From NCBI GenBank assembly GCA_050950825.1, contig JBMNIH010000010.1, forward strand, positions 32,001 through 96,000: 64,000 nucleotides of DNA. The letters run 5' to 3'. The first letter of the stretch is position 1, and every line of letters starts with the position of its first letter. The translations under genes were made by a program, and so were the position numbers. Below are positions 62,270-64,000 of this stretch, one piece after another. A model generated the notes under the pieces. The model did not search any database and was not told the origin of the DNA. It was given only the letters and a program-made list of their open reading frames with translations. The DNA is from Clostridia bacterium (GTDB lineage Bacteria; Bacillota; Clostridia; JAAYHZ01).

Positions 62270-62646
62270 TCTCCCAGCTCCTTAAGGTATTCGGCGTACT
62301 CGTCGGCGCTCAGCAAGCCGCTAAGATCGGCATCCTCCGCATCGATTATGAAAATGTAGTTTGTGTAGCAATCTTCATTGATGAGCTCCGGACGGTCTTC
62401 CAATTCACGATTGACCGCCTTTATGACGCCTTTTACCGGCATGTAAATATCCGATGCCGTTTTTACCGACTCCACCACCGATGCGGCATCTTGTGCATTA
62501 AATTCGCTGCCTACCTCCGGCAGTTCCACGTACACAATATCACCTAACTGCTCTTGGGCATAATGGGTTATGCCCACAACCAAACCTTCGTCGGTGACTT
62601 TTACCCATTCGTGTTCCTTGGTGTAGTATAAATTTTTCGGTATCAT
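62266..62646 (-). CDS. gcvH: Glycine cleavage system H protein
   Basis: YTKEHEW, GDIVYVELP, VESVKT lipoyl lysine. Confidence 0.97.
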   Translation of the reverse strand: MIPKNLYYTKEHEWVKVTDEGLVVGITHYAQEQLGDIVYVELPEVGSEFNAQDAASVVESVKTASDIYMPVKGVIKAVNRELEDRPELINEDCYTNYIFIIDAEDADLSGLLSADEYAEYLKELGE

Positions 62647-62658
62647 AATCCCGTCTCC

Positions 62659-63735
62659 TTATTTTTTATATTTCTTTGTATAAAAAGGCATACTCACCTT
62701 TTTTGCACCTGCCGGCTTATTCCGGATCATAACCTCAAAGCCTTCTTCGGAATACTCTTTCTTGTCCACGATGCACATGGCATAAACGCCGTTTAAAGAA
62801 GGACAAAAACCTCCCGACGTTACCTTTCCCACCTCTTGACGGTTATAATACACCGGGTACCCGGTTCGAGGTATCGCCTTGCCGTCCATTTTCAATCCGA
62901 TTAGCATTCTTTTCGCTTCCCCGAAAGCCTTTTTCCCTAAAAAGTCCCCTTTTTCCATATGAACGAATCTCGAAAGGTTCGCTTCAAAGGGCGTAACGGT
63001 TTCGTCCAATTCCTGTCCGTAAAGAGGCAAGCAGGCTTCAAAGCGCAGCGTGTCTCTTGCTCCTAAACCGATGGGTTTTACAAGGGGATTTTCCAAAAGG
63101 GAAGTCCAAAGAGATGCGGCATCCGAAGGCCGGCAATAGATTTCAAAGCCGTCCTCTCCGGTATATCCCGTACGAGAGATCAGACAAGGAACGTTTTTTA
63201 CTTTAACGTCGGTTTTAAAACGGAAGAATTTTAGTTGGGAAAGATCAAAATCACAAAGAGGCTGTAATACTTGTTGACTTTTAGGGCCTTGTACGGCGAT
63301 TTGTGCATATTCCGAGGATTTGTTTTCCACGATGACATCAAATCCTTCTTTAACGGAACAAAGCTTTTCGAAATCCTTTTCCGTATTGGAGGCATTGACC
63401 ACCAGTAAAAATTCCGAAGGACCGATTCCGTAAACGATCAAGTCGTCAACGATTTTTCCTTCTTCATTGCACAAAATCGCATACACCGCTTTTTGACCGG
63501 CATAAGAATCTTTCACGTCGGCAGTCAAAGCATACTGTAAAAATTCCAATGCTTGGGGGCCTTTTACGATGATTTCCCCCATATGGGAAACGTCAAAGAT
63601 TCCTACATTGCTTCTTACATGGAGATGTTCATTGACAATTCCTTCGAACTGAACGGGCAGCTCCCATCCGTGAAAATCCGTCATCCTTCCACCTAAAGAC
63701 TTATGCAAATCGTACAAAACTGTTCTCATATCCAT
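62659..63735 (-). CDS. gcvT: Aminomethyltransferase (glycine cleavage T protein)
   Basis: FDVSHMGE, SRTGYTGEDGFE, GLGARDTLRFEA. Confidence 0.97.
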   Translation of the reverse strand: MDMRTVLYDLHKSLGGRMTDFHGWELPVQFEGIVNEHLHVRSNVGIFDVSHMGEIIVKGPQALEFLQYALTADVKDSYAGQKAVYAILCNEEGKIVDDLIVYGIGPSEFLLVVNASNTEKDFEKLCSVKEGFDVIVENKSSEYAQIAVQGPKSQQVLQPLCDFDLSQLKFFRFKTDVKVKNVPCLISRTGYTGEDGFEIYCRPSDAASLWTSLLENPLVKPIGLGARDTLRFEACLPLYGQELDETVTPFEANLSRFVHMEKGDFLGKKAFGEAKRMLIGLKMDGKAIPRTGYPVYYNRQEVGKVTSGGFCPSLNGVYAMCIVDKKEYSEEGFEVMIRNKPAGAKKVSMPFYTKKYKK

Positions 63736-63794
63736 AAACCCTTTCGAATATTTTATGCTAATAAAAAAAACAAGAAAAACAACGCCGTCATTTT

Positions 63795-63978
63795 CCCTGT
63801 TCCCTTACCTGAGAGTTTCTATTGAACAATATTGCTCCTTCGGTGCTTTTCGCTTTTCAGAGTGTTGTCCGGATTCGGTCCTTTTGCCTGAAAGATTCAT
63901 CCTCCGCCGACTTGACTTACGGAAGACTTGCTTCTTCGGCTTCCGCATAAACGGGAAATCTCCCGATATCCATCATCC
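63795..63978 (-). ncRNA. Tandem glycine riboswitch
   Basis: Minus strand: GGGAGA...GCCGAAGAAGCAA...AATCTTTCAGGCAAAAGGAC (aptamer 1, ~63971-63871) and CTCTGAAAA...CACCGAAGGAGCAA...AAACTCTCAGGTAAGGGAACAGGG (aptamer 2, ~63862-63795), upstream of gcvT. Confidence 0.95.
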
Positions 63979-64000
63979 ACAGTATTCACTTTTTCAATTT

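Noticed and set aside
1-64000. CRISPR arrays, tRNA/rRNA genes, and the many nested or antisense ORFs in the track
   Set aside because: No regularly spaced direct repeats or tRNA/rRNA signatures were seen by eye; the nested ORFs overlap well-supported genes and lack motifs.

Overview
A ~64 kb chromosomal window from a spore-forming, anaerobic Clostridia-type bacterium (sspF-like SASP, yaaL-bofA, cotS, PFOR, rubrerythrin, fhs, and a glycine-riboswitch-controlled gcvT-H-PA-PB operon). The left and middle parts hold many poorly characterised glycan-processing genes: two heparinase II/III-like proteins, a duplicated beta-helix protein, a solute-binding lipoprotein, and DUF6807, Gfo/Idh/MocA, TIM-barrel and Kelch proteins. 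An opp ABC operon is also present. The most notable locus is 17.8-25.6 kb, an Agr-type peptide quorum-sensing operon on the minus strand. Its 41-aa AgrD precursor (22809-22934, absent from the ORF track) is followed not by AgrC/AgrA but by a membrane GGDEF+HD-GYP c-di-GMP enzyme, a DUF5317 protein, a small multi-TM protein and AgrB. On one side sits an IS110 element with a candidate bridge RNA. On the other is a tyrosine-recombinase + IS91-type element that appears inserted in the stem of a long hairpin between a strong promoter and agrD. All calls are from visual motif recognition; no database searches or folding computations were run.
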